A stretch of DNA of 63,987 nt, counting the filler, from Octopus bimaculoides (Eukaryota), in the NCBI RefSeq assembly GCF_001194135.2. It is 5 parts of 5 records of this genome, joined end to end, with 100 filler letters (N's around TTAATTAATTAA, not from the genome) between each part and the next. Parts side by side here need not be neighbours in the genome. Positions count along the whole stretch, not along the records: positions 23,138 to 37,541 come from NC_068999.1; positions 37,642 to 50,954 come from NC_068988.1; 3 more parts are not named here. One strand, 5' to 3'. Both the position numbers and the translations under genes were made by a program. Under the pieces are notes generated by a model that saw only the letters and a list, made by a program, of their open reading frames with translations, was not told where the DNA came from and did no database searches. Positions within the stretch are counted from its first letter, which is position 1; each line of letters starts with the position of its first letter. Shown here in pieces: positions 26,263 through 40,345 of the stretch.

Positions 26263-28799
26263 TGTGTCTATATGCATATAAACGTATATATATATATATA
26301 TCTATATACATATATGTGTGTGTGTGTGAATATAATTGTGTATATATTTGTTCACCGTGACATCTTAAAATTCTTTGTAATGAGTGCACTTGGAGACAAA
26401 TGATAATGCAGCAGGTGACGCAGATATGTGAGCAATAAATCGTCATAAAGCCACGAACATGAACATTAACTTTATTGTAACTTGAAATAATATCTCCTCT
26501 AGAATGTTCAAATATATGATAAACTTCGCAGCGAGGAGCTATATATGGTATTCGACACGTCGTATAAAGGTGCTCATTATATATTATATCAAGAAAGATC
26601 AGCTGATCATGTTTCGAAATTACCTGCTGAGGTGTGTACCGTACATCATACAATCACAGAACTGTGCCAGTAAACTGAGGACAACCACAAAAAAGTAATG
26701 AATGTAGCGTGCATGATGCCTAGGCAGCCCATTTCTCATAACATAGGCAGCTTCATTGAATTTATGTACATGCAGAGTACAGGAATGTATTCTCAAAACG
26801 TAATGGTTGTAACAAATCTAACCGTAATATTTGTAACAAAGATTATGTGTTGGCTATGCTGTGAAATTTCAGGAGAAAGTTAATGGCTCCCAGTGTGAAA
26901 TGTATGACCGCGCACAACTGTCTATGGTTGGGTAGACTAATGAATGGAATTCCCACGAAAGATCAATACGATGCAATATCTTTTCTTCTAGGGTAGGTGA
27001 TTTCACGTGTGTAGCATGTGAAACATTTTAACACGGAACTCTGGATCTGGAAAGACATATCGCGGTCCTCAAAGATCATACTTCACGAAGTTACTGCGAT
27101 GAATCCGTAGTATAGTGAAAGTTACAACTTTCGTCTGTCACCTATGCATCAAACCAGACATATATGAAGCGGGAGTGAATGATTATCTTAGGAGTCATAG
27201 ATGGAAAGGCAGAAAAGACATCGACAAGAAAGCTGAGAGAGACGACATGTATCTCCAAAGATGAAAGAATAACCGTGTATGCACACATACATACATATAT
27301 ACATACATACATGCTTGCATGCGCATAAAAAAGTAAACCAGGTATGCAAAAGAGGTTGGCATTGTCATTGTTATAGGTACACCAAAGGCGGGATCTGAGG
27401 TCGAAGTCGATCACCAGTGGACTTTGAAAAACTATGGTAGCATTACTAAGTAAATATTATGCATTTTCACAGAGCTTTATACTAACAAAATGGCATTAAT
27501 AAACGACTTTATTCATGTATTTGTGCATTATTGAATAATAGCTATTTCTGATATATATATTGGGTGCGTTTGTACTTCCTGTTAGTCAATAGGTTGATTG
27601 ATTACCTGATGATATAGTGAACAAGCGTTGGAATGCTGTCGACTTCCAAGTCTAATATATCAACTGCCGATTAAATGGAGACAAGAAAAAAGTTGAGAAG
27701 AAAAACGTAAGCCAAGGGAATGGAGGGAATTTGGTCATTGTTCTTTATGTATGGAACTAAATCACATGATTCTAGCCAAAAGCCTTAAGTTATTCTTGTT
27801 CGCTTACCTTCTTGGCTGAATAGTATTAACATCTGTCATCGAAATTTGACGCTCAACAACTTCTTTAGTTGTCAGGTTTTGGTAAATCTACAATGTTCTG
27901 GATGCTATCGGTGATTACAAATATATTTTCGACGCTGTGGTATGGGAAAACACATTTGGTATATCTAGATATTTTAAATGTGAAATATATGCACAAAATA
28001 TTTTGCTGTAATATTTAGAACCAACTCTCAAGGAGAAAAATAATAATATATAACATATAAGCTCACAGTACGACAATGACTACAAAAGTCCTAAAATACA
28101 TGATTAGTTATCATTGGTACTAACGCAATAGGAAGATGGCATAGAAAATTCCACAGGTCTTCAACGGGGAGAATAAATCAGAGCAAAACCAAAAATAAAT
28201 AAATAGATATACAATGAAATCATGTAAATTCCAATAAACACGATAATATGCAATGAAGTTAAAAAAAAGTACAATATGTAAAACTTTGTCTTACATATTT
28301 TCGGGGTCGATAAAATAAGTAGCAGTTGAGCACTGGGGTCGTTGTAATGGACTTAACCACTACTCCGAGATTGCTGGCTTTGTACCAAAATTGAAAACCA
28401 TAATTATTATTATAAATATTGCAATTATTATTAAACTAGTTGATGCAATTAGTTTATCATGAGGTGTGGTGTCAGGTTTCCTCAAATTACATGAATAATT
28501 TTTTAGAATTCTTGCAGAATACAGAATGATACCCTTCTGGTAATCGATGTCAGTTTCAATTCCAAGCTCTATTAAATAGTCTTATGGGTAATGTGCGAAG
28601 TGCACCTATTAACAAAGGAATAACTGCTCTCTGGCTAGATCCAAATATTTCACAATTACGTAATCTCGTTTGTATCGAAAGTTTAAACATAGTAAATTGC
28701 ATAATTTATGATCTTGCACTGTTTCTGTCACACTCTATGATCATATGTTGTCTTCTTTCATATATATGGCCACTCTTTATCGGAATATCTCACATCATG

Positions 28800-29900
28800 T
28801 TGTACTAATTTTCTGTCAAAGCTTTTTGTCGTGTTTGTTACAATTTTCAAACGAGACACTCGGTTAACATTCCAGTACACTATTTTACCCTCGCTGTCTT
28901 ATCTGCACTTATGCTCTTTTTATAATATTATACAGGACTGAAATTTGATCGATACTCTTGTCCACTTTCTTGGTCATTCTATATTTGCTGTCTGACAGAT
29001 TTTTCGAACTTTGCCTTCATCAAATTTGTTCTCAGCACTTGTTCCTGAACGTCTATAACACTTTCTTCCTTTACTTAACATAATCTACATTGAGAATCCA
29101 GCTGATGTTTGTCTATTTCATATTTTGTCGAATGTTGTCCTCAACGCTAGCTTTTGAGTAGCTACTAAAACTATTTGTCTCCCTTCTCAGCCTTCATTTC
29201 TGCAAACACAATCATATCTCACTATTAATATTTTCGGCAATTATCTTTAGAAATTTAACATGCAATGCCTTCATTTTTTTCCAGATATCCATACATGGAC
29301 TCTGCAGCAATTCCACTCAATAATGTCCACATTAGTTGCAAGCAGGATATCGGCCTGTAATTATCTACTACATTGCATGTTTCAATGTTTTTCAAGCACA
29401 GCACTGTCCTACCCAATGTAAGCCCCTGTGGTATTACTTGATCGGCCGTTAACATCTAATCTGATCTACTCTGAATAACCTATTCTGCTGATATCCATTC
29501 ATTCTTTGGTTGTAGCTTGCATCATTTCTTTCTTTACATCAAGGTGCTGTTTCACTTCCTCTATTACCAGTTTTGGAGCCCTTTCTTTCAATATCATACT
29601 TCCTGTTCAGTTCCCTCTATTTTTGTTCGCTTTTAAGTCTCCCTCCCTTTCCGGTCAAACACAGAAATACCGTTGGAGAGCATATCTAACCCCAACTTTT
29701 CTACCATAGATCTTTTTTTGTCACTCTCATTATATTTCTTTTTCTTCACATCAACACCCACATTTTTTGCTGTAACAATTCTTGCTCTGAGGACTCAGGT
29801 TTTAGGAATTTATGTACCATATAAGGTACAGTATTCTACTGGTCATTCTATGTTTCCAATAACATCTATCTTATAGGAACAAAATTTTAAATATCTAGGG
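28800..29900 (-). mobile_element. R4/Dong-like LINE, internal fragment (pre-RT/RT start)
   Basis: GRTVLCLKNIETCNVVDNYRPISCLQLMWTLLSGIAAESMYGYLE is the RT domain 0/1 motif. Boundaries are approximate. Confidence 0.65.
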
Positions 29901-31250
29901 TAACCGTATCTCGTGATGGAACGGCGTAGGCTACGATTTCACATTCATTGGTTTAGAGCTCTCTCCGTCTAAAGCAATTGTGCATTATGTGTTAAATGAT
30001 AGTGTGATATCTTATAGCTTTCTTAGAGCCTTAATACGAACACCTTTAGCATCACTTCATGTTATCGCTCTCATGATGTCCTAAGATGTCACTTCGTGAC
30101 ATCAAACCTTTTCGATATTAGAGATTAGTGTCACGAATAGTTTTCGTTTTGTAAGTTCTAACAGATTGGATGAAGATCTTCCACAAAATTAACAATCTAT
30201 GAAATCTGTTAGTATAACTGTAATAAAAGGACAAAATGCGAATTTATATTCGAAACATATGTTGCAACAATAAATATGAGAAACTTTGTCACATAAAACA
30301 AGATTACGCTAATGAGTATAAAAGCTTACAAAATGAGTATTTGCATATTTATTCTTAACACGTTTAGGTAGATTCACGCTGAAGTTAAGCTGGCCCCTTT
30401 AGTGCATGTCTAGGATGATAAAATCCCCCTTTTACAACTGTGTGTTGAACAGCCCTGAATCACTGGCGCAGGGCATTCTCTACTCTCACTATAGTTTTCC
30501 ATCCGTATTTCATTCGTTCTAGATGTACCCTTGTTACCATTAGTTTCTCTTACCAAGAAAGCGTCGCCTTCGTGCTTTTAAGCAACCACATTGTTTAAAT
30601 ACTCTCTAAGATTTCTTACAACGAAGTCTAAAAATGCTGAGCAGTGCCATTTTTACTGTAACCCCAACGTTAGTCAACACAAGGAATATTGCAAAAGTTT
30701 GTGCATATCGGTCAAGGAAAATCACAACAGTTTCAAGATGAATAAAGCAAGGTATATCAGAAATGTCTTCCATTGAAATAGCAACTTACATTCATGATAT
30801 AAACTTTTAGTTTTTTATTTGGTTCTGAAAGTACATTACTAATTACTAAGTACATTACTAATTCGTTCTCAATAGTTGATGACACCCGTTTAAAATCATT
30901 AATATTTCTTCAATGTATTTCCAAGTTTTACTCTTAATTGACGAGAGAAACACTAAATCAATGTAATTACACATTTTCAGGCAACTTATGTTTACCTTGA
31001 ACAAGAAAACCAATTTTTTGTTGCATTTCTAAAAGCATGTAATTCTAATTGGAATTTTCTTTTAAAGATATCTTTGTTTCTCGAGGGCTAAATCGATATT
31101 ATCGCTGTTTATCCAAATTGTTGAAAATTAAAATGGGTTTGTAAATAGATCGTGTAATGTTTCATGACAGTTTGTAAATAAATACTTCTGTCAATCACTG
31201 ACGTTGATCTACTTCATATGGAAAGCATGATTTAAGTTAACAAACTATGC

Positions 31251-31347
<97 letters not shown>

Positions 31348-31455
31348 TGTGTGTGTGTGCATGTGTGTCTGTGTGGGTGTGGATGTGTGTGTGGGTGTGT
31401 GTCTGTGTGCGTGTGTCTGTGTGCGTGTGTATGTATGTATGTATGTATGTATGTA

Positions 31456-31624
31456 TAATGGGTTGCTCAAAAATTCTTACTGTTAAGGGTTTCGCGGAGA
31501 CCTGGTTTTCGTGTTTTTTTACGGAGCTTAGAAGGGAATATGTTGAAAAAATTTATAATGAACTAATCCTCCTGTATTTTATTTTACCCCAAACGAAGAA
31601 CTTTTTCAGCAACCGCCTAGTATA
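31456..31624. mobile_element. Small Tc1/mariner-type MITE
   Basis: Imperfect TIRs GGTTGCTCAAAAATTC / GAACTTTTTCAGCAACC with TA at the ends. Confidence 0.5.
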
Positions 31625-32359
31625 GTACATTTCGATTAACAATGAAAACTTTATTGTGTAGCAGGTAATGCCTGGGGGGTTGGAGACAATAGCCCAATGA
31701 CTGAAAAATAAATACGCCATTTTTATATTTTTATTTTTCACATCTAAAACTAGTATCGAAAGCTTCATTATGCATATACGTTTATAGTATAATATGAAAT
31801 ATAATACATCATGGCTCTCCATAGTCACATAAACCAATAGACTTAGTCTTAAATTCAAATAATTCAACTACTCTGTCAATCGAATTATTCCTGCATTTAA
31901 CATTAAGAAAAAAAAAGCTTTCATTTACATAATAGAAAACAAAACAAAACTAAAAGAGAGAAGATTAACTAATCTCGTAATGTTCTCCATTCAAAAGAAT
32001 GTATATTTGCAGAAAAAAATAATGAAGCTGAAAAATGTGTCTTGAGTCGTTACGGAAGATTTCTCTGAAATGTCTTGCATAGAAGAGATTTACAAACAAT
32101 AAATTATGTTGCTGTTTATTTCTCATTTAATTATAGTGTTTCTTACATATTGATAGCAAATTGATGCAAGGTGACGTAATTTTGCATTAGAAATTTAAGA
32201 CTGAATACAAATCCAATGTTCGTGTCACATATTCAATTTACTAAGAAGCGGCATGAGACGATACGTGATTTGATCATTAAGTATCCGGAGTACTACCATA
32301 GTAACGTGGCTTAGACACTAAGAGTAAAGCCACTTGGCACAGATTGACCTTCACCTCTG

Positions 32360-32530
32360 GTTTACATGCGCACTAAGTTTTACCGTTCTAGGTCACATTC
32401 GCTGCTTACAGCAGTGCTTGGAAGGAAGGTGTGTAACGTGTCATCGTCGGCTTGACAATGATAGAGGACGTTGCGCAGAGAATCTGCATCAAATTTAAAA
32501 TTTTTAAATTGGGAGGCCTCATCTATATAC
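32360..32530 (+). mobile_element. Mariner 5' fragment
   Basis: MIEDVAQRICIKF..FKLG resembles the mariner transposase N-terminus (QRICIKFCFKLG). Confidence 0.45.
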
Positions 32531-32583
32531 CAAAAGTAGATATTGAGGATATATATACACACATACACACACACACACACAGA

Positions 32584-32615
<32 letters not shown>

Positions 32616-33334
32616 NNNNNNNNNNNNNNNNNNNNNNNNNNNNNNNNNNNNNNNNNNNNNNNNNNNNNNNNNNNNNNNNNNNNNNNNNNNNNNNNNNNNN
32701 NNNNNNNNNNNNNNNNNNNNNNNNNNNNNNNNNNNNNNNNNNNNNNNNNNNNNNNNNNNNNNNNNNNNNNNNNNNNNNNNNNNNNNNNNNNNNNNNNNNN
32801 NNNNNNNNNNNNNNNNNNNNNNNNNNNNNNNNNNNNNNNNNNNNNNNNNNNNNNNNNNNNNNNNNNNNNNNNNNNNNNNNNNNNNNNNNNNNNNNNNNNN
32901 NNNNNNNNNNNNNNNNNNNNNNNNNNNNNNNNNNNNNNNNNNNNNNNNNNNNNNNNNNNNNNNNNNNNNNNNNNNNNNNNNNNNNNNNNNNNNNNNNNNN
33001 NNNNNNNNNNNNNNNNNNNNNNNNNNNNNNNNNNNNNNNNNNNNNNNNNNNNNNNNNNNNNNNNNNNNNNNNNNNNNNNNNNNNNNNNNNNNNNNNNNNN
33101 NNNNNNNNNNNNNNNNNNNNNNNNNNNNNNNNNNNNNNNNNNNNNNNNNNNNNNNNNNNNNNNNNNNNNNNNNNNNNNNNNNNNNNNNNNNNNNNNNNNN
33201 NNNNNNNNNNNNNNNNNNNNNNNNNNNNNNNNNNNNNNNNNNNNNNNNNNNNNNNNNNNNNNNNNNNNNNNNNNNNNNNNNNNNNNNNNNNNNNNNNNNN
33301 NNNNNNNNNNNNNNNNNNNNNNNNNNNNNNNNNN

Positions 33335-33469
33335 NCTTACTAAATCGAACCCGAAATGATTAAAGACAAAGTCAACCCGGTGAGATTTGATCTTAGAAAG
33401 TGCAGACAGACGGAGTGTCGCAAAACATTTAGCCCGGCGTGCTAAGGCCTTTACCAGCTCGACGACGTA

Positions 33470-33470
<1 letters not shown>
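33335..33470 (-). mobile_element. SINE family B fragment
   Basis: AAAGTCAACC..GATTTGA..CCCGGCGTGCTAA..CCAGCTCG. Confidence 0.65.
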
Positions 33471-33537
<67 letters not shown>

Positions 33538-33538
<1 letters not shown>

Positions 33539-34130
33539 TGTGAGAGCGATAAACCACTACCGCTCTGAAATCTACCCAAAAAACATCGAGAATAAACACG
33601 AGACAATCCCGCATTTTTTGAGAAGGAGACACCGGAACGTGGTTAAGTTTATTCACTGGGGTCTGTGTGAAAAGAACGATCTGGGCACCGCATGGAAATT
33701 GTACCAACATCAACCAGTTGGCCTCACAGAGGACAATGACTATAAGATCCAGGTCGGTGAGTAGGCACTGTTGTGGAGCATAAAATGAAATACGAAACCG
33801 ATATTATAGATATTGCTGTACCCGAGAATACCCACGTAGATAATGAAGACCTGGAAAAAATGGAGAAATACAATCTACGGGATGACGAAATGATAAGAAT
33901 GTGGATTACAAGGAGAATAAATTTCATCATACTAGACGTAGAGGTACTCGGAGCACAAACAGTCAGGTTCGAAACATATGTCGGAGAAATTAGAATTGAC
34001 ATGAAAGCAAAGCAGGCCCAAAACGCTACTCTATTGGGGACAGATAGGATTTTGAGATTGGTGCTTGGGTGTTGAGGGTCTTTGGCGATACGCCTATATC
34101 CAGGTACCGAAGCTTATATTTTTTCGAAAG
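33538..34130 (+). mobile_element. R4/Dong-like LINE 3' fragment (endonuclease end), preceded by (TAA)n
   Basis: IIDIAVPE...EKMEKY..EMIRMW..II...LGA..Q.ATLLGTDRILRLVLGC*. Confidence 0.75.
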
Positions 34131-34499
34131 GGACACTGTGAAACCTCTGACAATAGGTTGCTCTCTGTTCTCAGAGAATCAACCAGAGCCAGTAAGATCG
34201 AGAGCTCTGAGAAGTAAAGTAATACTAATAAAAGTAATTCTAATACTAATACTATCACTACTACAGCTACTACTACGACTACTATTACTACTACTATTAC
34301 TACTACTACTACTACTTCTGCTGCTGATGCTGCTGATGCTGCTGCTGATGGTGGTGATGATGACGATGACGCGCTTCTAGGAGTCGGAAACTCAAAAATT
34401 ATACCAGGATTACAGGAATCCTATATCCTAGGCTGGAGAAACTGTCTATGATGGTGTAACGGGAAAAAATACTGGTGGTTGTGAAACTAAAGTTCGCTA

Positions 34500-36860
34500 A
34501 CCCTCATCGTGACTGCTGAATTTTGAATTAAAAATAGAAATGAAAACGGCGTGAATGAGACTGGAACACCTTGTGAAGGTCTCTCGTCCGGCTGATGCCC
34601 TACGGGTGAGCTACGTGGGCCCAGTCGTCATCAAGCAACTGCTAAATCAGGATGCTCGAAAGAAACGAATGTGACTGTAATGGAGTGCTACTTTCTCGAT
34701 ATAGGGAAAATGCACAGGGTACGGAGAGACAGATGCCCATTTGAATTGTGTGACCAAGCTAGAGCCAACAGAAAGAATGAATGGTTATCTCCTGTTGAAT
34801 TAGAAACCATTAAGAGACGGGTACTTAGGGATAGTAAAACCAGCGGTGAACGGAAGGAAGAGGAAGTGAATGCAGATAGTGAAAATTTATTAGTAGATTT
34901 AAAAGAAGAAAACGAGCATGAGGCTGAGATTATTGATCAGGAAAGCGATGAGAGAACCGAGGAACAGATATCCATTTTAAATTAAATCATTGATATTTGG
35001 ACCTCTGGTAAACAGAGGTTTCAAACGAGGTTTAAAAATGTAGACAGAAAGAAACTCAATGAATGGGTCATGAAGATAAATGATATCACTGATGATATCA
35101 GGACTGACAGCATCACATACACCAACAATCTGATATTAGTCATTTCGATCTTTAAAGCCCGGAAGTTAGGTTTGAAAGCCAAAAGTAAATGTCAACATAA
35201 CCCAGAGGAACCCTGATGCAAAAAGGAGAATAACGCAGTCTATTAACGAGACCAGAAAAATAGTAATATTCAGGAACAGTAAAAAAGAAGTGAAGTGCAG
35301 CGAGAAAAATATGTTGCTACAAAGAGGAAGTATAGGGTGAAGAGAAAGGGAATCAATGTCGTGAGGAATTAAAATAGAGGTTGAAAGGTAAAGTATATAA
35401 AGAGATATGAACTGCGAATTGAGCATTACAAATTAAACAGACATTTCGAACAAAATCAGAAACGAGTCTATCAGGAACTGAATGGAGAAGAAAAAGATGA
35501 AAAATCCGTGCCGAATGCTAACGAAAGCAAAGGATTCTTGTCAAACATATGGTCTCAGGTGAAACAACACGAAACTGAAGCAGAATGTCTCACTATCACC
35601 GCTCCCCTTTTGTCTCGCCTTAATACCGCTCTCAAAATTGTTCAATGAAGCACAATACGGTTATAAAATGCTTGATAGAAATAAAAATCATCTCATTTAC
35701 ATGGATGATTTGAAGCTCTTTGCAAAGAATGACCAACAACTCAAGGGCTTACTAGCGATTGTTAAACAATTCAGTGATGATATCAGGATGCAATTTGGCC
35801 TTCATAAATGTGCAAAAGCTACCTTTATGAAAGGAACAATGACAGAAACGTCTAACATTAACATTGACCAGCAGAATGTCATAAAAAGTTAGAACCAGCG
35901 GAGAGCTACAAATACCTAGGGGTAATTGAAGGGGACAATATCAAGCATTCAGTGATGAGGGAAAGGATCAGAAGAGAATGTTATCGTAGGGTGAGAGTAA
36001 TACTCAAGACACAGCTGAATGCAAGAAGCAGGATCGAAGCGGTCAATACTTTAGCCATACCAGTCGTGACTTAGAGTTTCAATATTATTAAGTGGGCAAT
36101 TACTGAAATATGTAATCTTGATAGAAAAATACAAAAACTGTTGACAATACATAGAATGTACCACCCTAAGGCGGATATAGATCGACTTTATCTGCCAAGA
36201 AAAGAGGGAGGCCGTGAACATTTACAACTGGCATTAACAATGAAGACTGCTACAATCGGCTTGAACACCTACCTGAAAAACTCTGAGGACTGGATGTTAA
36301 AACTTGTCTCAAAACATGAAAACAAGAAAGCATCATACTCAGTAACGAAACAGGCAAAGGAATATCTAAGTGAATTCCAAATACAACAAATTCTAGGATT
36401 AGACGTGCTAGAATCAAGCGAAGAAAAAGCTAGGTGCATGAAAACCCGTGCTAAAATTGGTGCCTTAAATATGCTGACTGATAAATGGCAAGAAAAGCCT
36501 CTCAGTGCCAAATGCCCAAAGAGAGCGAATAATGCCGATGTTGACAAAGCACTTACCCATCAATGGCTGATGGCTTCTGGCTGAAAATCAGAAATAGAAT
36601 GGTTTATCATAGCAATCCAAGATCAATGCCTACCTGCATTGATCAATGCCTACAGACATGATTGATCTTCAGAATATATTCACCGGGTAGTTTGAAAAAA
36701 CCTGGACTTGCCCCACGATAAAAACTGGTGTGAACACAAACCACCTTCAATGCTTGAAAATAGTCACATCTCACTACTGTGCAACTTCGCCGTTCTAACT
36801 GATAGATGCAAATAGGCCAGATATCATATTGAGAAGCTTCAGACAAAAATCATGCCGGAG
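34500..36860 (+). mobile_element. R4/Dong-like LINE, decayed and internally deleted
   Basis: N-terminal ECYF...LCDQARANRKNEWL, RT NHLIYMDDLKLFAK..FGLHKCAK, YKYLG, HPKADIDRLYLPRKEGGR, AIQDQCLP and ANRPDII. Confidence 0.85.
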
Positions 36861-37668
36861 GTATAACTTGAAATGATGATGAAGCCGGAAGAACGGAGTG
36901 AAAAGAAAAACAAATTTATGAAAAAATGAAATGGTTGGTAAGAGAATTGAAGGAAGAGGTTAAAATATTTGGAAGTAAGAAATTTTCGAAAGTTGTGAAG
37001 AACAAAGGAAAATAAGAGAGGATGACATTATTATGGTTTTCTCCTTAGAATGCGAGATGTACCCAACAATGCTGTCTTCTAACATTTTTGGTCCGAGGCG
37101 TGTGAGATTGAAAAGGAACCAATCAGCTCTCGAGTAGAGGCGGACATCTGGAGGAGATTCCGTGAAAGCAACCTGCAATAGATGTATTATGGCAAGTTGG
37201 CTCTAAGTTGCAGATCCAGAAGACGACCAAAGATGAGTTTATCGACACATATATGAGCATCCAAACGAAGGAGGACATTGCACCTAAAATTTGTGAAAAG
37301 CTAATTGAGGACAGAACAGCATGGAAAAATTCAATGAGTAAAATAGTCAAGCAAAAGACAACGCACCGAAGCCCTGCAGTAACTTCCTCCCTCCCAGAAT
37401 TTGCAGCAGAACCTGACCAACAAACAAAGGAAGGGTCGTCCATGGCAGAATCTACAGGAAGAAAACTATGAGCACTTAAGTCTTTCTCAGCAGTTAAGAA
37501 CGTCTGTCACAACGTAAAGAGCCGAACATATATATATATATNNNNNNNNNNNNNNNNNNNNNNNNNNNNNNNNNNNNNNNNNNNNTTAATTAATTAANNN
37601 NNNNNNNNNNNNNNNNNNNNNNNNNNNNNNNNNNNNNNNNNGATTGCATCACTAAACGTATGTACGTA

Positions 37669-37701
<33 letters not shown>

Positions 37702-37817
37702 ATGTATGTATGTATGTATATGTGTGTTTGTGTGCCTTAGCATGGGCACAGCTTTTGGGCTGGAGAGCAAAAAAGAATAAAACAATCTATATGCATACTT
37801 AAATGCGTAAATATCTA

Positions 37818-37851
<34 letters not shown>

Positions 37852-38330
37852 CATACAAAATATTATACATATGTACATTCATGCATGCATACTCGCATAC
37901 ATACATACATACATACATACATACATACATACATACATACATGCATGCATACATGCATACATGCATACAAAGAAACAGAACGAATCCTCATTGGTCTCGC
38001 CAACGAACCCCGCTGGTCATTCAATTTAATGTGTAAGTTGCTGTCTATTTTTACAGACGTTTGCACCTTAAAAGAAACTGTCAAGCATAAAAGCAGCGCG
38101 ACTGAGTTGAACCTTTAAATTACTTGTACACTTTGTTCGTTGGGGTTCTGCATAGTTTCTGTTCACTTTTAAATCTTGATTTAAAGCGAAATAATAATAA
38201 AAGACATTTGCCGAAGATGGCCCGCAGAGAGGGTGAGCCTAGGACCTCATGCTTCGAGCATGAACATTTGTGTGTGCGCGTGCGTGAGTAATAGTATGAG
38301 TGTGTTTGCGTGCGTGTTTGTGTGTGTAAA

Positions 38331-38545
38331 CATTTCTACTCTAGACGCAAGGCCCGAAATTTTTGGGGAAGGGGGCCAGTCGATTAGATCGACCCTAGTA
38401 CGCAACTGGTACTTAATTTATCGACACTGAAAGGATGAAAGGCAAAGTCGACCTCGGCGGAATTTGAACTCAGAACATAAAGACGGACGAAATGACACTA
38501 AGTATTTCGTCCGGCGTGCTAACGGTTCTACCAGCTCGCTGCCTT
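38331..38545 (-). mobile_element. SINE family B, near full length
   Basis: Head AAGGCAGCGAGCTGGTAGAA, B-box GAGTTCAAATTCC, and conserved CCTTTC..GTCGATAAATTAAGTACCAG, which resembles the Meta-SINE central domain (recollection, not searched). Confidence 0.85.
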
Positions 38546-38580
38546 AACAATAATGATAGTAATGGTTTTAATTTTTTTTT

Positions 38581-39185
38581 TATTTGGCTTGTACTGTTTT
38601 TTTTTTAATCGACCACCAGTAAGATAAAAGGAAAAGTCGATTTAAGTGGGAATCGAACTTAGAGAATAAAGGACCCAACTAAATATAGCAAAGTGTTTTG
38701 TCCAACGCATTAACGATACGGTCATCCAGCGCCCTAGGTAAAAAGCTGTTTCTAATCTTTACATAAAGCCAGCAATTTTCAGGCGAGTGAGCAAGCCGAT
38801 TACATCGATTCCAGTGCTTGACTGATACTTTATTTTGTCGGTCTCAAAAGGATGAAAAGCAAAGTTAACCTCGGTAGGGTTTGAACTCAAAAACGTAAAG
38901 AGCAGGAAGAAATGCCGCTAAGCATTTTGTCCGATGTGCTAAAGATTCTGTCGGCTCGCTGTTAAGAAATATATCGTTGTTACTTTTGGTTATGGCGTTG
39001 AGGCAGAGAGCAGACAGAATCTTTAGCAGCTTTCTACCTACGGCGCCGGTATCGTTAATGCGTTGTACAAACCACTTTGCTATATTTAGTTGGGTCATTT
39101 TATTCTCTAAGTTCGATTCCCACTGAAATCGACTTTGCTTTTTATCTTACTGGTGGTCGATTAAAAAAACAGTACCAGCCAAATA
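38581..39185. repeat. Fold-back structure: ~140-bp inverted arms enclosing a SINE B copy
   Basis: Arms 38581-38719 and 39049-39185; inner arms 38937-38959 and 39008-39028; SINE B at ~38748-38965. Confidence 0.85.
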
Positions 39186-39698
39186 TAAAAAAAAAAGTTC
39201 TGGCCTCGCGCCTAGATAAGAAATCATCATTATCATTTTATTATTGGAAAATGAATGCAATAAATAAGAAAAAAAGGACACATCTATCTATATATTTATA
39301 TAGATAATGGGCAAAAATGTGAGCTGCGTGTGTGTAGCGGTGTGTGTGTGAGAGAAAATGTATGAAATCTAATTTGAATGACATAATTTGTGAATTATCT
39401 TCTGTTGATAGGAAAATATTATACTTGATGTCGGTAAATTGTAACGAAAAGTTTAAAATATAGAATAAACAAAATCGCAAACAAACCGATAAAACATACA
39501 CACACACACACAAACGATACATACGCAAAACAAACAAACAAACAAGTATAAAATAAACAAAAACCCAAAATATATATTAAATTCATTGAAGTCTTGGAAT
39601 GAGTTTATGCTTTAGCAATGACTCCATAAATAACTGTATTGGCGATGGTTTTATAAGGAAACAAGGTGTGGTGTAGGCATCTAGAAGTTGGTCTGGTT

Positions 39699-39780
<82 letters not shown>

Positions 39781-40249
39781 GGATGGAAAAGCAGCGAGCA
39801 AGAAAGCAAGCATTGTCGAATAAATGTATAAGCTGGTGCCAAATAAACTTATCTTGGACTTTTCATGTTCCTTAGCACAGCGTGTGATTCCCACTCATCA
39901 TAGATCTCATGTCGTTCCATGTTACTGGGAAGGCACGACATTAGAATAAATTGCTGGATGCAGTCCAGCTTGACGGTAGCGACGGTGGTGGTGGTGTTAG
40001 TGAAGATGGTTTGTAATAGGAAAGAAACCTGTTGTTGTTGTTATTGTTATTGCTGTTGCTGTTGTTAATTTTATACTGTCGCATATTCTATTGTATAACA
40101 TTGTGCATTACACTACAGTAGTCTACAGTAATATATAGCAACACTACGGCATAAGGATGTCCGGCATAGACTTCACCGTTGCACTGTGTTCTACTGAAAA
40201 ACAGACTATCGTAGTAACATATGCAACGTACACTACTCTTCCTTTTACT

Positions 40250-40345
40250 GTTTTCACCTTTTACATGTTTTAGTCATTGGACTACGGCCATGCTGGAGCA
40301 CTGCATTGAGGGGGCTTTAGTCGAAAAAAAAATTAGACTCTCGTA
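40250..40345 (-). mobile_element. SINE family A, 3' tail
   Basis: AGTCATTGGACTACGGCCATGCTGGAGCAC..TTTAGTCGA. Confidence 0.65.

Noticed and set aside
26700-27120. Cys-rich stretch suggesting a PHD finger
   Set aside because: Frames are broken and the Cys/His spacing cannot be reconstructed.
27606-27675. CTGATGA followed by a hairpin
   Set aside because: GAAAC and stem I are absent; at best a decayed relic.
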